This document shows positions 1-13,352 of a stretch of DNA of 58,372 nucleotides, one piece after another. How positions within the stretch are numbered: position 1 is the first letter of the stretch; each line of letters starts with the position of its first letter. Below the pieces are notes generated by a model. The model had not been told where the DNA came from, made no database searches, and saw only the letters and a program-made list of their open reading frames with translations. Source of the stretch: Basidiobolus meristosporus CBS 931.73 (lineage: Eukaryota; Fungi; Basidiobolomycota); contig MCFE01000557.1 in the NCBI GenBank assembly GCA_002104905.1, positions 1 to 58,372 of the forward strand. Direction: 5' to 3'. A program made the translations under genes and the position numbers.

Positions 1-544
1 TTCGTAGTCCTCGTACTTGGAGTCGGCGACGACCTCCCCAAGAAGCTCGACGAAGTAAGGCCTGCGAGCATCGCTGCGTTAGTACAAGTTCACGGCACGC
101 GCCTGTTCGAGATACAAAAACACTAACAAATCTTCACGGAGGAATTCGGCGGAGTATACGAGGCTTTCACGACCAAGGCTGGTGGTCAAGAAGGCACCTT
201 GAAGTTCAGCCTCGCGGGTGATACGCAAAGCAGAGCGTTTGTTGGTGTTCTGTGTGGTTCGTATGGTTAGGTAAGCAAGGGGGAGAGCCAAAAGCAGGCA
301 AATATGTGGGGCGTACCTTGAAGGCGAAGTTCTTCAAATGGTGGGCGACACCGAGGTTGGATGAGCTCTCGCTACGACTACCTGCACCAACAACGACAGA
401 CAAGGAGGCAACTGGGGATTGTTCAGGGAGGGTGGCAACACGAATGCCGTTAGAGGTGGCAGTGGAGACAGCAGAATAGCTGGCCTTTTGGATTAAAGGG
501 AGGACAGCAGAGGCGGTCTTTTTGGTGATGGCACTTTGAATCAT
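1..544 (-). CDS. QCR2: Cytochrome bc1 core protein 2 / MPP-alpha-like M16 family protein, 5' part (runs off window)
   Basis: MIQSAITKK...VASLSVVVGAGSRSESSSNLGVAHHLKNFAFK | intron 316-250 | NTNKRSALRITREAELQGAFLTTSLGRESLVYSAEFLREDL | intron | PYFVELLGEVVADSKYEDYE. Confidence 0.85.
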
Positions 545-1158
545 TGTACAGAGCAAACTAGTTAGAGGAAGGAAGAAGACACCTCAGGGAGAACAAGCTA
601 AGATGGCAAATTTGGCTATTCTACTTGGTATTGAATTTTTTCTGAGCGATTGTATCCAGCACCGCAAACCTTGCACTTCACCCGGAGGAATCACGTGAAC
701 CACACGTTGAGAGGTTGACATTACCCCACACAATTTTCCTCACCCCAAATTGCTGAACTGCTGTCAATCTTGCTTTTTCCCCTGCAAACACTCACCAGCA
801 CGAAACTCGGGAGGGTGGAGAATTGGGGTGATCCGCGCTGATTTGAAGAGCGGGAGTGGGGACCCCAAGATGCGAACACCTTGAGCATCACTCGCCTACG
901 CCGATTGCATAAGTTATCCCAACAACTGAGGTGAGCTGACTAAGTTTAAATAGACGACTATGCTGACTAAATATAATCACGTAATCCATAACTTTATCCA
1001 ACAATACGCCAGTTGAAGGAGTCGGCATAAAGTAGCCAGCGAACAGCAGTATATGGTCTCATGAAGGACGCCCACCCAGGCCAATCAACACCCAACTCAT
1101 ACGCCGAATGTTGAAGGAACTAATAAAAGAGGAATCCCGTCAAACCACTTACATATCC

Positions 1159-1218
1159 AGCAATATCACCCTGGTTACGTATCAAGCAATATCACTCTGG
1201 ATACGTATAGAGCAATAT
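1159..1218. repeat. 26-bp imperfect direct repeat, about 2.3 copies (AGCAATATCAC(C/T)CTGG(T/A)TACGTAT..)
   Basis: Units start at 1159, 1185 and 1211 in the QCR2/UGD divergent intergenic region. Confidence 0.7.
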
Positions 1219-1785
1219 AGCAATTGCAACATGGCCATATGAGATATCGACCCACCCATTTCGAATCGGGATTAAAGTTGCTGACATCTCGACTAATTTA
1301 AGCTTAATCGTTCTGGAAGCCGGGCCAAGCAGGCTACGCTGTCTACACCAGCTGCCTGGCTTAATCTAGAATGCTGTATGTGGAATGTTTTGTGGTGCGG
1401 AAGGGACGCCCAGTAGCTCATATCCTTTGGGCCAGGTCGGAGCACGTTGCAGATCGCATCAGCTCAATCGCCCCAATGGGAGAATGTTTATCAGCCTCAT
1501 TGGGTTTTAACAGAAATGGCAATTAATCAACCTAAAGTTTGGTAGGAGGGAGCAGCAATATATCGCCACAATAGCAATCAACTTATTCGTGAACGCCTGC
1601 TAATTAAGTCCAAACCTAGCAGGCCCAATGCATCTGTCATGACCAAACGGTATCCGTACCTCGATGATAGGGTGGACTGGGTGATTCACAAATAGCAGCC
1701 AATCAACCAGCGTCTGCAAGCTGCTTATAAGTGACAGCCTGATGGCACCCACTCCACAGTTTCCTCATATTTGCTACGTAATACC

Positions 1786-3180
1786 ATGGTTGTTGTAAAG
1801 AAGATTTGCTGTATTGGTGCTGGCTACGTTGGTGGTCCCACATGTGCAGTCATTGCCCTGAAGTGCCCCGAAATCCAAGTCACCATTGTTGACGTCAATC
1901 CCAGCCGTATCGACGCCTGGAACTCCGACAAGCTCCCAATCTACGAGCCAGGCCTTGACGAGGTCGTCCAGGCCGCCCGCGGCAGAAACCTCTTCTTCTC
2001 CACCGAGGTGGACAAGGCCATCCAAGAGGCCGATCTTATCTTCGTGTCGGTGAACACTCCCACCAAGAAGTCTGGTATGGGTGCCGGGTTTGCCGCCGAC
2101 CTGGCCTACATCGAAACTGCCACCAGACGTATCGCTACCGTCGCCAACAGCTCGAAAATCGTTGTCGAGAAGTCCACGGTCCCTTGTCGCACTGCACAGA
2201 GCATGCGCACCATCCTGGAAGCCAACTCTCGGGACGGAATTAGATTCGACATCCTCTCCAACCCCGAATTCCTTGCTGAAGGCACAGCAATCGACGATCT
2301 CTTCAACCCTGACCGTGTCTTGATTGGTTCCCTTCAGACACCCGAGGGCCGGGAGGCTCAGCAAGCATTGGTCGATGTCTATACTCACTGGGTTCCCACC
2401 GACAGAGTGATCACCACCAACCTCTGGTCCTCCGAGCTGACCAAATTAGCCGCCAACGCCCTTCTAGCCCAGCGTATTTCAAGCATCAATGCGCTCAGCG
2501 CAGTATGCGAGGCGACTGGCGCGGACGTCGACGAGGTGGCGAGAGCTTGCGGTAAGGACTCGCGTATCGGACCCAAGTTCCTGAAGGCCAGTGTTGGGTT
2601 TGGCGGTAGCTGCTTCCAAAAGGACATCCTCAACCTGGTCTACCTGTGCCAGCAATTCCATCTGGACGAGGTTGCCGACTACTGGCACCAGGTTGTTGTG
2701 ATGAATGAATATCAAAAGAAGCGATTCGCCACCCGAGTGATCAAGTCCCTCTTCAACACCATCACCAACAAGAAGATTGCCATCCTGGGCTTCGCATTCA
2801 AGAAGGACACCGGAGATACCCGTGAGTCCGCGGCCATCACATTGATCAAGGATTTCATCCAAGAGAATGCCAATATCAGCATCTACGATCCCAAGGTTGA
2901 GCACTCACAGATCTGGATGGATTTAACCGAGCCTGGGGTTCATTCCAACGAAGACCAGGTGAAGAAGCAAGTCACAATCTGCCCTAGCGCCTACGAGGCA
3001 GCCCAGGATTGCGATGCTGTGGTCGTCTGCACCGAATGGGATGAGTTCAAGGTGCTTGATTGGCAACAAATCTACAATGGAATGCACAAGCCAGCATTCG
3101 TGTTTGATGGGCGCTTGATGTTGGACGCCCCCAAATTGCGCGAGATCGGCTTTAAGGTTGAGGTCATTGGCAAGCCCTAA
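1786..3180 (+). CDS. UGD1: UDP-glucose 6-dehydrogenase, intronless
   Basis: [13 protein letters not shown] Rossmann motif, [27 protein letters not shown] catalytic Cys, [14 protein letters not shown]; first ATG at 1786. Confidence 0.97.
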   Translation: MVVVKKICCIGAGYVGGPTCAVIALKCPEIQVTIVDVNPSRIDAWNSDKLPIYEPGLDEVVQAARGRNLFFSTEVDKAIQEADLIFVSVNTPTKKSGMGAGFAADLAYIETATRRIATVANSSKIVVEKSTVPCRTAQSMRTILEANSRDGIRFDILSNPEFLAEGTAIDDLFNPDRVLIGSLQTPEGREAQQALVDVYTHWVPTDRVITTNLWSSELTKLAANALLAQRISSINALSAVCEATGADVDEVARACGKDSRIGPKFLKASVGFGGSCFQKDILNLVYLCQQFHLDEVADYWHQVVVMNEYQKKRFATRVIKSLFNTITNKKIAILGFAFKKDTGDTRESAAITLIKDFIQENANISIYDPKVEHSQIWMDLTEPGVHSNEDQVKKQVTICPSAYEAAQDCDAVVVCTEWDEFKVLDWQQIYNGMHKPAFVFDGRLMLDAPKLREIGFKVEVIGKP

Positions 3181-3292
3181 TAGAATCGCCTATTGTAATA
3201 TCATTAATCTTCCGTAAATAAATCGAACTTGAACAAGCATATTGTAATCCCATGAATTGAACATGAAAATGGTTAACCGCCGTTAATCGCAT

Positions 3293-3407
3293 CGATTTGC
3301 TAGGCGATTGCTAGACGATTGCTAGCGATTTGCTAGACGATTTGCTAGACGATTGCTAGACGATTGCTAGACGATTTGCTAGACGATTTGCTAGGCGATT
3401 TGCTAGG
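3293..3407. repeat. 12-13 bp minisatellite (CGAT(T)TGCTAGA)n, about 9 copies
   Basis: Directly visible tandem array between UGD and eIF3g. Confidence 0.9.
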
Positions 3408-3657
3408 GTGTCAGCGGCGGGTGAAAGAATTCAGGGTTAGGGAACTGAGATTGGAAGAAAAAAAAAGCAAAAAAAATTGAACCGTAAACCAGATGAGTAT
3501 ACTGGGCAGAAATTTTCCTGACGTGCGACCACACTCTCGGGATAACTCCTTCAGCTCCTTGTGTTCTCGATTTTTTTAAGGAATCCTCCAGTGTTTCTTC
3601 TCCAACACACCAACATATCTGTATTATTTTTAATCTGCTTCGGAATTTTCCTTAATC

Positions 3658-4764
3658 ATGGCTGTTACTACTGAAACCAAAGCCAGCTGGGCTGATGAAG
3701 TCGGTGAAGAATTAGATAACGAATTCAACGACGATGGAATTAAAACTGTGGTCGACATCCAAGTTCGCGAGGATGGAAAGAAAGTCAAAGTAAGATCTCT
3801 TCCAGGCCCTGCTTTCCTTTTATGCAGAGGCTTGCCAACCTTTGCACCCGGACAAATGCTCACCTGGATACCTAGGTTACCCGTAAAATTCAAAAGAAGC
3901 TCGTCACTGAAAGAGTCAACCACGTTGTAGCTGAGAGAAAGGTTTGTCGATATATGCCTATATCCCATATTTGTCACAGCTGTACTTACCAACACCACTA
4001 TAGAAATGGGCCAAATTCGGCCAAGAGAAGGGTAACAAGCCTGGCCCTGACATGAGCACCACTACTGTTGGTGAACAAATCTTCTTGAGACTGTCGTCCA
4101 ACAGCCAGGTATTTTCGACCATTGATTTCGCTCGACAAATCGACACTCACCTCTTTACTTTCCTCAGAATGTCGAGTCCGAGGACCCTGATAGCAAACTC
4201 AAAGAACAACTTAAGGGCAAGAAGATTCTCTGCAGAATTTGTAAGGGTGATCACTTCACCCTCAAGTGTCCTTACAAGGATACCCTCAAACCTCTCGACG
4301 AGCTCACCAGTGCTCTCAACGAGAGCAAGCCCGCCGCTGCCGAAGCAGCTGCCGCCGAGTCTGGCACCTCTGGAAGATATGTTCCTCCCGCCCTTCGTGC
4401 CAAGATGGCTGGTGGCTCTGGTGCTACCGGTAGTGACGATAGAGAAAGAAGAGGCAAGTGTGCTCACTATTTGGAGTATGAAAGAAATAGCAGCTAACCT
4501 GATTCTAACTCTGTAATAGATGATACACCAACATTGCGTGTTACCAACTTGTCTGAAGATACACATGAGAGTGATATCTATGACCTCTTCCGTCCCTTCG
4601 GTCATATCGCCCGTGTCTACCTTGCTAGAGATCGTGAAACCAACATCTGTAAGGGCTTTGCCTTCGTCAGTTTCGCTGATCGTGAAGATGCTGCTCGTGC
4701 CATTGAGGGAGTTGATGGCCATGGATTCGATAACCTTATCCTTCATGTCGAATGGGCTAAGTAA
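3658..4764 (+). CDS. TIF35: Translation initiation factor eIF3 subunit G (multi-exon)
   Basis: [10 protein letters not shown]-terminus, [15 protein letters not shown] zinc knuckle, C-terminal [50 protein letters not shown]. Confidence 0.95.
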
Positions 4765-5894
4765 GTTGAACCTGAATATTGTTCCACCTTCAATTTCACT
4801 AATGTATGTTCTCGATGATTGTCTAGGTCCTCCAAATAAATTCTGAAATCTCTACTAACATAGAAATACCGAAGTTCTTCAAATTTGCATTTGTATTTGG
4901 GCTGTATACCAACATTTGGCAATAAAAACATTGTAGAAATATTAAACTGTTGTGCACCGTCACTTAACATTACACCGTCAAATTAACGTTAGTGTGCTCA
5001 TGAACTATTGGAGCTATAGTCATTACACATGACAGTTTGAGCTAGAACACTTTTGGATTTGTTTGAAAATGGAACAGTAAAAATATGTTTAAAGTTTTTA
5101 TTAATTTGTTTTGTTCAATATGTACACATCCGGCTGAAAAACTTGGAAACCTGAAATAATATACGTGTTAGTGAATGTGTAGATATTGAGGTATTGAGGG
5201 ATTCATAAGGAACTTTCAGAATATAACATTCATCTCATTATATTTCGAAATGAGCTGGGTTTAATAGCAAAATAGTTTCATCACGTAAAGTGTGAGGGGG
5301 GCTGAGTTTGAATATTAAACTGTTCACTTACCAAGATAGCGGAGAAGAGTGATGTCAGATGAACAACTGATGCGCTATTTGTATTGTCAGCTGGATTGCT
5401 TCGACATGGGTGAAAAAATAATTCAAGGATGTGCAGGACAAGGGTCCTGATCATAAGCAAGGGGCCGTAGCTGGTTGAGAAAACAAAGTTCAGATTCTAG
5501 AAAATTCGATTGCTTCGTCTAATTCAATAAGAATATAATTGCTATATAGTTATTCAATTTATAAAGTTCAACAAGAACTCGCATATGGCGTAGCAGTAAT
5601 GAATCCATATGACATTCATTCGGTCAAGGTTCGAATCCTTGATGCGAGTTAAATTTCGAGCGATGACTATAACCTTCATGCACCACTCTCAGACCCTCGG
5701 GTCGGTGATGATAAAACGAACCTTAGAATCAACCTGTATGAGCTCGAAATCCACACATCCCCATCATTTTTATTTCCTAACCACCCTGGTTGTTTACATT
5801 TTGGGGGGGGGGAGGTAAACAGCCGGATCCAGCCAAATCGCCCGATGTTCACGGCGACCGACGGAGCCCCCTTGGTTGCCTCGTGCTCGCGGAG

Positions 5895-6410
5895 ATGAAA
5901 GTGAAGATACAAAGTATGTCCGGACTTTTGTCGACTTCCCCTTTTGTGGCGTACACTCACGCAGTTGTTTAGGGTAAAGTTCAGCCGTCTACCGGAGACG
6001 AGTAAGAGACCTCCCGGTTAACCCCCTTTTCCCCTTGCAGTTGGAAACCAGTCGCCTTCTGGCGCTGGGATGTTCACGAGGACGATGTGTGTGGCATTTG
6101 TCGAGTTGCGTTCGACGGCTGCTGCCCAAGTTGCAAAACCCCTGGGGACGACTGTCCCTTGAGTAGGTGCTTTCCAAGAACTGTTCACACTGGAGCCGCC
6201 TGCTGAACTCGGTCGTTTATTTCTAGTTTGGGGGAAATGTTCCCACTGCTTTCACATGCACTGCCTGCTGAAATGGCTCGAAACGGAGAGCTCCCAACAG
6301 CAATGTCCTATGGATAGAAGACCTTGGGGTAAGCCGGGAATTCCCGCCCACCTGACCCATCCCCACCCGTTCTAACTCCACCCGCTTGTCCCTTAGAAAC
6401 CGCCACCTAA
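5895..6410 (+). CDS. APC11: APC/C RING-H2 subunit 11 (absent from ORF track; probably 5 exons including a 1-nt exon)
   Basis: Spliced: MKVKIQSWKPVAFWRWDVHEDDVCGICRVAFDGCCPSCKTPGDDCPLIWGKCSHCFHMHCLLKWLETESSQQQCPMDRRPWETAT*; exons 5895-5913, 5973, then from 6041, 6227 and 6397. Confidence 0.93.
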
Positions 6411-6543
6411 GCCCCCCCCCCGCCCCCAGATTCCTGCTGAGCTCGACGTTGTACTCCTAGTGCTTGTAAAAATAAGGCCACATACAAATCGCCATCTGTA
6501 ATGGAAAAAAAGTATCCAGATACACCACACATCACATATCTCC

Positions 6544-6592
6544 TACCACTCACCCACTCACCACCACTCACCCACCACTCACCCACCACTCG
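6544..6592. repeat. Short (CCACTCACC)-type tandem repeat upstream of CARM1
   Basis: ccactcacccactcaccaccactcacccaccactcacccaccactc. Confidence 0.7.
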
Positions 6593-6782
6593 CTTCGATC
6601 TCCATATTGATGGCAAATAAAAAAATTCATCGACTCCCTGATGACCCACCACTCGGCTGAGCCAATGGGTGTCAGAGGTGATAAGATGCCTGGAATTCAA
6701 TCGTATCCATTTGGACAACATTGTCAGCGTTGGTTGAAAGTGACCTTTCCAAGGTTTATCTCTAATAGGCCGTGGAGCGAGC

Positions 6783-8369
6783 ATGTCAGAGCAAAACGAG
6801 AACCCACCCGTGGAGCAGCGCGATCCAGCATACTTCCAATACTATGGGATGCTGACCCACCAGGTAACCTTGCCCGTTCCCTCCTACCTGCATCGACTGG
6901 CCCGTTTCATCCTAACCGCGAGCTCTCCATGCACTTTCAACACAGCAAAATATGCTTCAGGACGTGGTGCGTACCAGCACTTACCGAAACGCCATCCTCA
7001 ACAACAGTGCTCTGTTCAAGGATAGATTGGTGTTGGACGTCGGGGCAGGTTCGTTGTTCTCTTCACCCTCCGGCTCGGACCCTAACTAACCCAGGCTCCC
7101 AACCCTCACCAAGGCTCCGGGATCCTCTCGTACTTTGCCGCCCAAGCCGGGGCCAAAGTTTACGCCGTGGAGGCGTCCGGGATGGCGGAGAAGATGCAGA
7201 AGATCGTGGACGAAGCCAACAAGGAGGACGGCACCGGAAAGAACGCCTGGATGAAAGACAGAATCCAAGTGATCCAAGGTAACCAGAGCTGCGAGTAGTT
7301 ACCACTCACTTCCCCCTTCCACTTGATTCACCCGGCCATTCGCTCATCCAACCTTTCCCTGAAGACAAGATCGAAAGCCCCGACTTGCCAGTGCCACAGG
7401 TCGACACCTTGATATCGGAGCCGATCGGGGTTTTGTTGGTGCACGAGAGAATGTTGGAGTCCTTTGTGTATGCCAGAGGTACCGAACCTATATATGTGGT
7501 GGTGACCTTCAGTGGACCAACCTGCTTACTGGCTCTTGAATCTAGACAAATATCTTAAGGCAGGCGGGGCGATCCTTCCCTCTCAAGGGTCCATCGAGCT
7601 GGCGCCGTTCACCGACTTCGCTCTGTGGAACGAGACGATGGGCAAAGTAAGATTCTGGCAGCACTCGAATTTCTACGGGGTCGACTTGAGGCCGCTTCAG
7701 GAGGATGCCAGGGATGAGATGTTCGGCATGCCCGTGGTTGGCCACTTCGACCCCAAGTCTCTGATGGCAATGCCCACCCCAGGCGGATTCAACGTCGACT
7801 TCTACACCATCACCCTGGCGCAACTGCGGGAGTTTACAATCCCCATCTACTGGCAGGTCAAGTACACCGGCATCATGCATGGTATCGCCGGCTGGTTCGA
7901 CCTGTCATTCATCCCTCCCGTTGGCACCCTCAACCCAGTCAACATAGACATGTCCACCGGGCCAGCGGCCGAGAGAACCCACTGGCAACAGGTGCGTTTC
8001 CTGTTCAAGGAGCCCCTCGCGGTTAACTCGAACCAGGTGGTCAAGGGCTGGATGAAGTGCGTGGTGAACGAGATGCGAAGCTACTACGTCAGTGCGCACG
8101 TCGCGCTGTGCGACGAGGGCTCCAACATCACCCCGGAGACCATCGAGTTAATCCCCAGCTCCCTCCGAAGATCCGGCAAGTGGAACCTCCACGAGCAAAC
8201 CTACAACTACAGCTACATGCCCGAGTACGCGGCCAGCCAGGACATCTTCCGACCGGAGAGTAACTTCCTCTACGAGCCAGAGAACGAGTTCGTCAAACTA
8301 GATGTGGACCAGATCCCGGAGGAGATCATGACCTTGGCTGAAGGCGTGGAGCTTCCCAACCTCAACTAA
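6783..8369 (+). CDS. CARM1: Type I protein arginine methyltransferase, CARM1/PRMT4-like (multi-exon)
   Basis: [53 protein letters not shown] double-E loop, [22 protein letters not shown]. Confidence 0.88.
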
Positions 8370-8536
8370 GGCGCATTCGTTTATTTAGAACTACCCAACT
8401 ACTCCCCAACTACTTATAAACTTCTGATTACCAACAAGTGTTGAATGAATTAATGATGGTGGAGGTGATGAAAGGGAATGAGACGCGGATGATATGAAAA
8501 TGTACAAAAGAAATAAATCGAGCGGTGGTTGGCTCT

Positions 8537-9949
8537 CTACTTGGTTCTTGTGACAACTTTATGCGCCAATTGGATCAGAGCCTCCCGGGCTTGGGAAGGG
8601 GGCAGCTGCTGAACTGCGTTGATTGCCTTTTGGCAATAGGACTCGGCCAGCTTGCGAGTCTGCACAATTCCATTACTACGCCATACTAGGTCGTACGCCT
8701 ACAAATATGTGTTAGAGTGCGACCTGAGGGGGCGGGGCTGCGAAGGAGCGTACCTGTTCAATATCCCCTTTGGTAGAGAACTTCCGCTTGATCAGCTGGC
8801 CAAGTTCGGGGAACTCTTCCCAGGCAAAAAGCACTGGTGCGGTGGCCAAGCCAAGCTTCAAGTCGGCTCCAACGGGCTTTCCAAATTCGTCAGCGCTTGT
8901 GGTGTAGTCCAGCATGTCATCGACCAACTAGCAGAATGTGTGCATTTAGATACATTACCCCCACATTCCATCGGTGCGCGCACTTACCTGAAATGCCAAG
9001 CCCAGGTCTTTCCCAAAAGAGTAGGCCAGTTCGGCAACGGGCTTGGTACTTCCACCAAGGATGGCGGCAGCTTTGCAACTGTTGGCAATCAAGCTTGCGG
9101 TCTTCAAGTACGTTTTTCCATATAGTGCTCGAAGGTGGACAACTCAGGTCGTTCGTGGTCGTTTTGTTTGGTGTTTTTGAGTTGCTTCAACTCACCATCC
9201 ACAAGATCCTCCATGACAGTGGCCAAAAGCTCAGTCACCTCGGGATTTCTCAGACGGGCTAGGGCGATGGATGAGCGAGCCAAGATAAAGTCGCCCGCTA
9301 GTACGGCTGACCTGTTGCCAAAGGTGGCATTGGTGGAGGGAGCGCCACGACGAGTTGGGGAGTCGTCAACGACATCGTCATGAACCAACGATGTTGTGTG
9401 TATCATCTCAACGATTTCAGATAAACGACGCTGGGTGGGCAAAATGGTGCAACCTTCGGCATCTACGGTGCAGTGATAGAAGTCAGCGTCGTCAGCTCTG
9501 ATCCAGGAAGCATTGTTGGAGCACAGCTTAGTATCCATCATTTCATAAGTGTTGTATGATTCGGAGGCGGGATTCTTCGGAGCCAAGCTGGTAGCTTGTG
9601 ATATTAATAATACCAGTAGCGGGCGAATATGCTTACCAGGCTGTTCAAAATAGTATTTACTAATGTCATAGAGTCTTTTATCCTTGGTGTTTAGCAGGCC
9701 GTTGATGTTCGGTGTGATTTCGGAAATATTCTTTCCAAGTAAACTCCTGTGATCGATTTTGACTGTGGGTTCGTATTGCACTAATGGCTGTGCTTCTAGC
9801 ACGGCCTGAGTCCAGTTGCTTGCTTTACCGGTAAATTGGGCTGGTGTCGGTCTTGGGCGAGCAGAAGACATGGACACGCCACTGCGAACTCCAAGCGAAG
9901 TGCTGAAACGGCGCAGAGTGTTCCTGGTAATGCAAGTCGTGGTTGCCAT
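8537..9949 (-). CDS. COQ1: Trans-polyprenyl (hexa/decaprenyl) diphosphate synthase
   Basis: GKHIRPLL, EMIHTTSLVHDDVVDDSPTRRG (FARM), DDMLDYT..FGKPVGADLKLGLATAPVL (SARM); ends KVVTRTK*; start could be 9973. Confidence 0.92.
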
Positions 9950-10410
9950 CTTGAATGGGGAGAAATACACCATAGTTAAGTGGATAGCAAAGTAGAATGG
10001 ACCAGCGATAAGGAATGGGTAGTCTCTATATTAGCGAGTGTAGGAGAAGCACATAAAACTCTAGTCGAAGGAACTTCAATTATCACACTGGGACACGTTA
10101 ACTCGCACGAGTGGGTATGTAAATAGTAGAGCAGGAGCGAGTGCTATGCGAAATTCAATCACAACCAGAGAAATTTTTCTTTTGGTGATATGGATTCCTA
10201 TATAAGGTACAAAGACATGCCTTAAAGTTGTACCGAAAACGATTGGAGCAGTGTGCCGAAACGAAGAACGCCTACTGGTTCGTGATTATGCTAAGCTCAC
10301 TGGGGTATCGAGTGGGGAAGGGATCCAAACCAACTTAATTTAAGAGCATTCTTCACGGCTTGGCTGATTTCAGGATTATGTAAACATTCATGTGAAATGA
10401 ATGATGATGT

Positions 10411-11829
10411 TTATTGTTGCTGAGATAAGAAGTAAAGGTCACCCAACGCGTTGGCATAGAAGTCGGGCTTGATCGGTTGGTCTTGATCCAGAATTTCATG
10501 CTCTTTGCTGATGCCTATTTGTTGATGTGAATACCAACCATGATCTAACACCAGACTAACAGATACTAACCAGTCAGCACAAGAAGCGTTTTCAGCCCTC
10601 CGTTGATCCCGAACAGGATGTCAGTGTTGAGGCTATCGATGAATGTCAAAAATATCGCTCAAAATAACGCTTGTTCCGAAGCAGCTTACCGGTCTCCAAC
10701 CATACAGGTTCGATTCTTATCCAAATGATATCTAGAATGACGCATTAGTCACTCGAGATTCCGCTCATTCAACATGGAGTCTCACTTACTTGTCCACCAC
10801 ACAATCAATCATGGGCTTTTCCGGTTTGCCCATCACGATAGGCCGGCGACCAAGTGCGGTGATAACCGGGGAGATAATTGCTCCAGTTCCTAACAAAGTG
10901 TTATCGACCATGCAATATGCTCACCATCCATATATATACAATACCTGGATATACTGTCCCGTGGATTGGATAGGTGCTATCTTCGTTGGTGGCAATGAAC
11001 GTACATTCCGGATTATGGTACAAGTAGGTAAATGCCTTGGCATATTTCCGGTAGTTGAGATTAATATCAAAGCCAAGGATAACTGCCCCGATCTGAAGAT
11101 TGTGTTAAAGCGACAGTGCTGACGGAAGATAGGTAGCGACTGGAAGCTTACCGAGTCATCTGGTTTAATTGTATGGAGAGTGTCAAAATCTATAGGCTCA
11201 TTGTCTTCCTGTGAAATATAGTTTAGAATACTAATTGAATGGCTCGGCAAATACGGTTACCTACCCCGATACCACACACTGTAACATTTTGAGCCTCGAG
11301 TTCTTCCTTCAGCCCCTTATCTCCAAAAGCGTAGACCTTTTTATCAGTAGGGAAGTCAAGGATGTTCTTTACGTAGTAAGCAGTGGCATAGGCAGAGCCA
11401 AAGATTTCCTCCTGGCAAAATCAAAAGTTGAGCAATACACATCTCTCTGGTCTTGCAAAAGCTTAACAAACCTCTGTAGCCTCAATTTTCATGGAGACCA
11501 ATTTCTTCAAGTACATGGAACGAGATTTCGTGCTATTGTTAGTGACAAACAAAATGCGTTTGCCTGACGAATTCTTGTCAGTAAAGCTTAACAGACTGTT
11601 CTCACGGTGAAATGGTACCTGTTTGTCTAAGGAGACTGAGGGTTTCGCGCACACCATCTAACACACGGTCACCTTCCCAAAGTACACCTTTGAAGGGAGA
11701 TAAAGAATATTACTAAATAAACTGCAAGGAATGTCATAATAGACATTTACCATCGCAGTCAAAGAGAAAAGTGTCAATGCTGTCGAGAAATTCTCTGGCC
11801 TCTTCAGTTGTGCTGATTTTGTGCATCAT
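10411..11829 (-). CDS. PHO13: HAD-IIA phosphatase (phosphoglycolate / p-nitrophenyl phosphatase), many short exons
   Basis: [76 protein letters not shown]. Confidence 0.88.
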
Positions 11830-12030
11830 AGTTCTACCAAGTCTGAAGGGAAAACAATCTTCCTCGAAATAAAAAGTCGTGCTTGAACGTCTTCATAAAA
11901 TGCAGATCCATGACGATATTGTTGCAATCGAAGTTAACCAATTTCGTACAATCTTGATTTTATTTTAATTATGTTGCTGTTGTTGATGGTGCTTGTCTCA
12001 CCATCCAGAGGATAAAGTGTATTTGCCAGA

Positions 12031-13352
12031 TTAGAAGACACCAAAGAACCCACGTCTGCGTGACTGACTGCTATTGGCGACATTGAATTTCTCCACGAGC
12101 TAGTAAAGGGAAAGTAAGCTTGGAGTATATAGTAGAGGTGAGTGCAGACAAGTAATACCCCTTGGATCGAGTTAATTCCCTTTGTTAGGGTGGCCAAGTA
12201 AGAGATCAAGAGCACGTCGTTGTACTCGGTCATAAATTTGTCCCGGAACTCTGGCCCATTCATGGCTGGCAATTGATTACATAAGCTTGCAATCTCCCGC
12301 AGGATCTGTGGGTCTTCGGGTATGTTGCCACTTTTTACATCCTCGATGTATCGTTTCAGGAAATCTACTCGGGTGTGCAACATTTTGATAGCATTCCGTT
12401 GGTTTGTCAAGTGCGCAATTACTGGAACCGATTAACTTTGGCAGAATCAAGAGATGGACCTAACAATACATACATGCAGAGTTGCTCTCTCCAGATTCGT
12501 TGACCGTGTGGGCGACATGATCAACCGCTATACGTTCAGCTTCTCCAGTTTCGATCTTGTAATTAGATTGAATAAATAGTGTCTGCGCTTGCTCGTCAAC
12601 AATGTCAACGAATGTTTCGTAAATTGTGATAGGCAGGTTTCGAATAGCCGTTAGATCATGTGGGTCAAGCTGCAAAAACAATGGGCTTTCATTGTAGGTC
12701 ATCAACTAAAGCTAGGAGTGTTACTTCTAATAGCTGATAAGGAGGCGCTCCAGAACTGTTACCTGTCTATGAATCGCCAGATCAGAAGAAGAAGGCTGCG
12801 AGCCAACAGAATACCAGCCCAAAAAGTCATATTCAGGAAACACTTGACGGACTAAGAAGCCAATTGAATTAGTGGGAAATGGAGGAGTGTTTCCTTGCTT
12901 CAGTTTCTTTGAAGGAGATCATACATTGCTCTTGCTTGGTGATGAAATAGCTGCCGTCTACTTCGATTTGCCCATCTATCACATTGAACGCCAGCTCGTA
13001 AGAATTAAAGATTTCTATATCTCGTCCACTCTGGGCGCCTAAAAGCGCACCTAAAACTTTGGGTGCAAAGGAGGTGAAATCCAGAATTAATCTAAACTCC
13101 GCGACAAGCGCATAAATGACTCTGGTTACTTTGTGGCTGTGAACATTTCTGTTGAACTTTTATGCGTGAGAAATGATCAGAGATGTTCATCAGAGTCAAC
13201 GGATGCCTGTTGCAAATAAACTCCATTGAGCAAAACCAAGGCACTTCGAGAAACTACATATTTACATACAAGGAAACAAGGATTCCTGAATTATTCTCAG
13301 CATTGGATACTACTCCACTAGTTGGCAGAGTCTCTTGTGGCGTTATATCCAT
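12031..13352 (-). CDS. CSN6: COP9 signalosome subunit 6 (MPN-minus)
   Basis: LHPLTLMNISDHFSRIKVQ, YKIETGEAERIAVDHVA, NAIKMLHTRVDFL, EYNDVLLISYLATLTKG. Confidence 0.9.

Noticed and set aside
1774-2904. Long antisense ORFs over UGD (also over RPL28, RPS13, RPS20, RPS11, eIF2-gamma)
   Set aside because: These are shadows of strongly biased codon usage on the coding strand, with no independent features.
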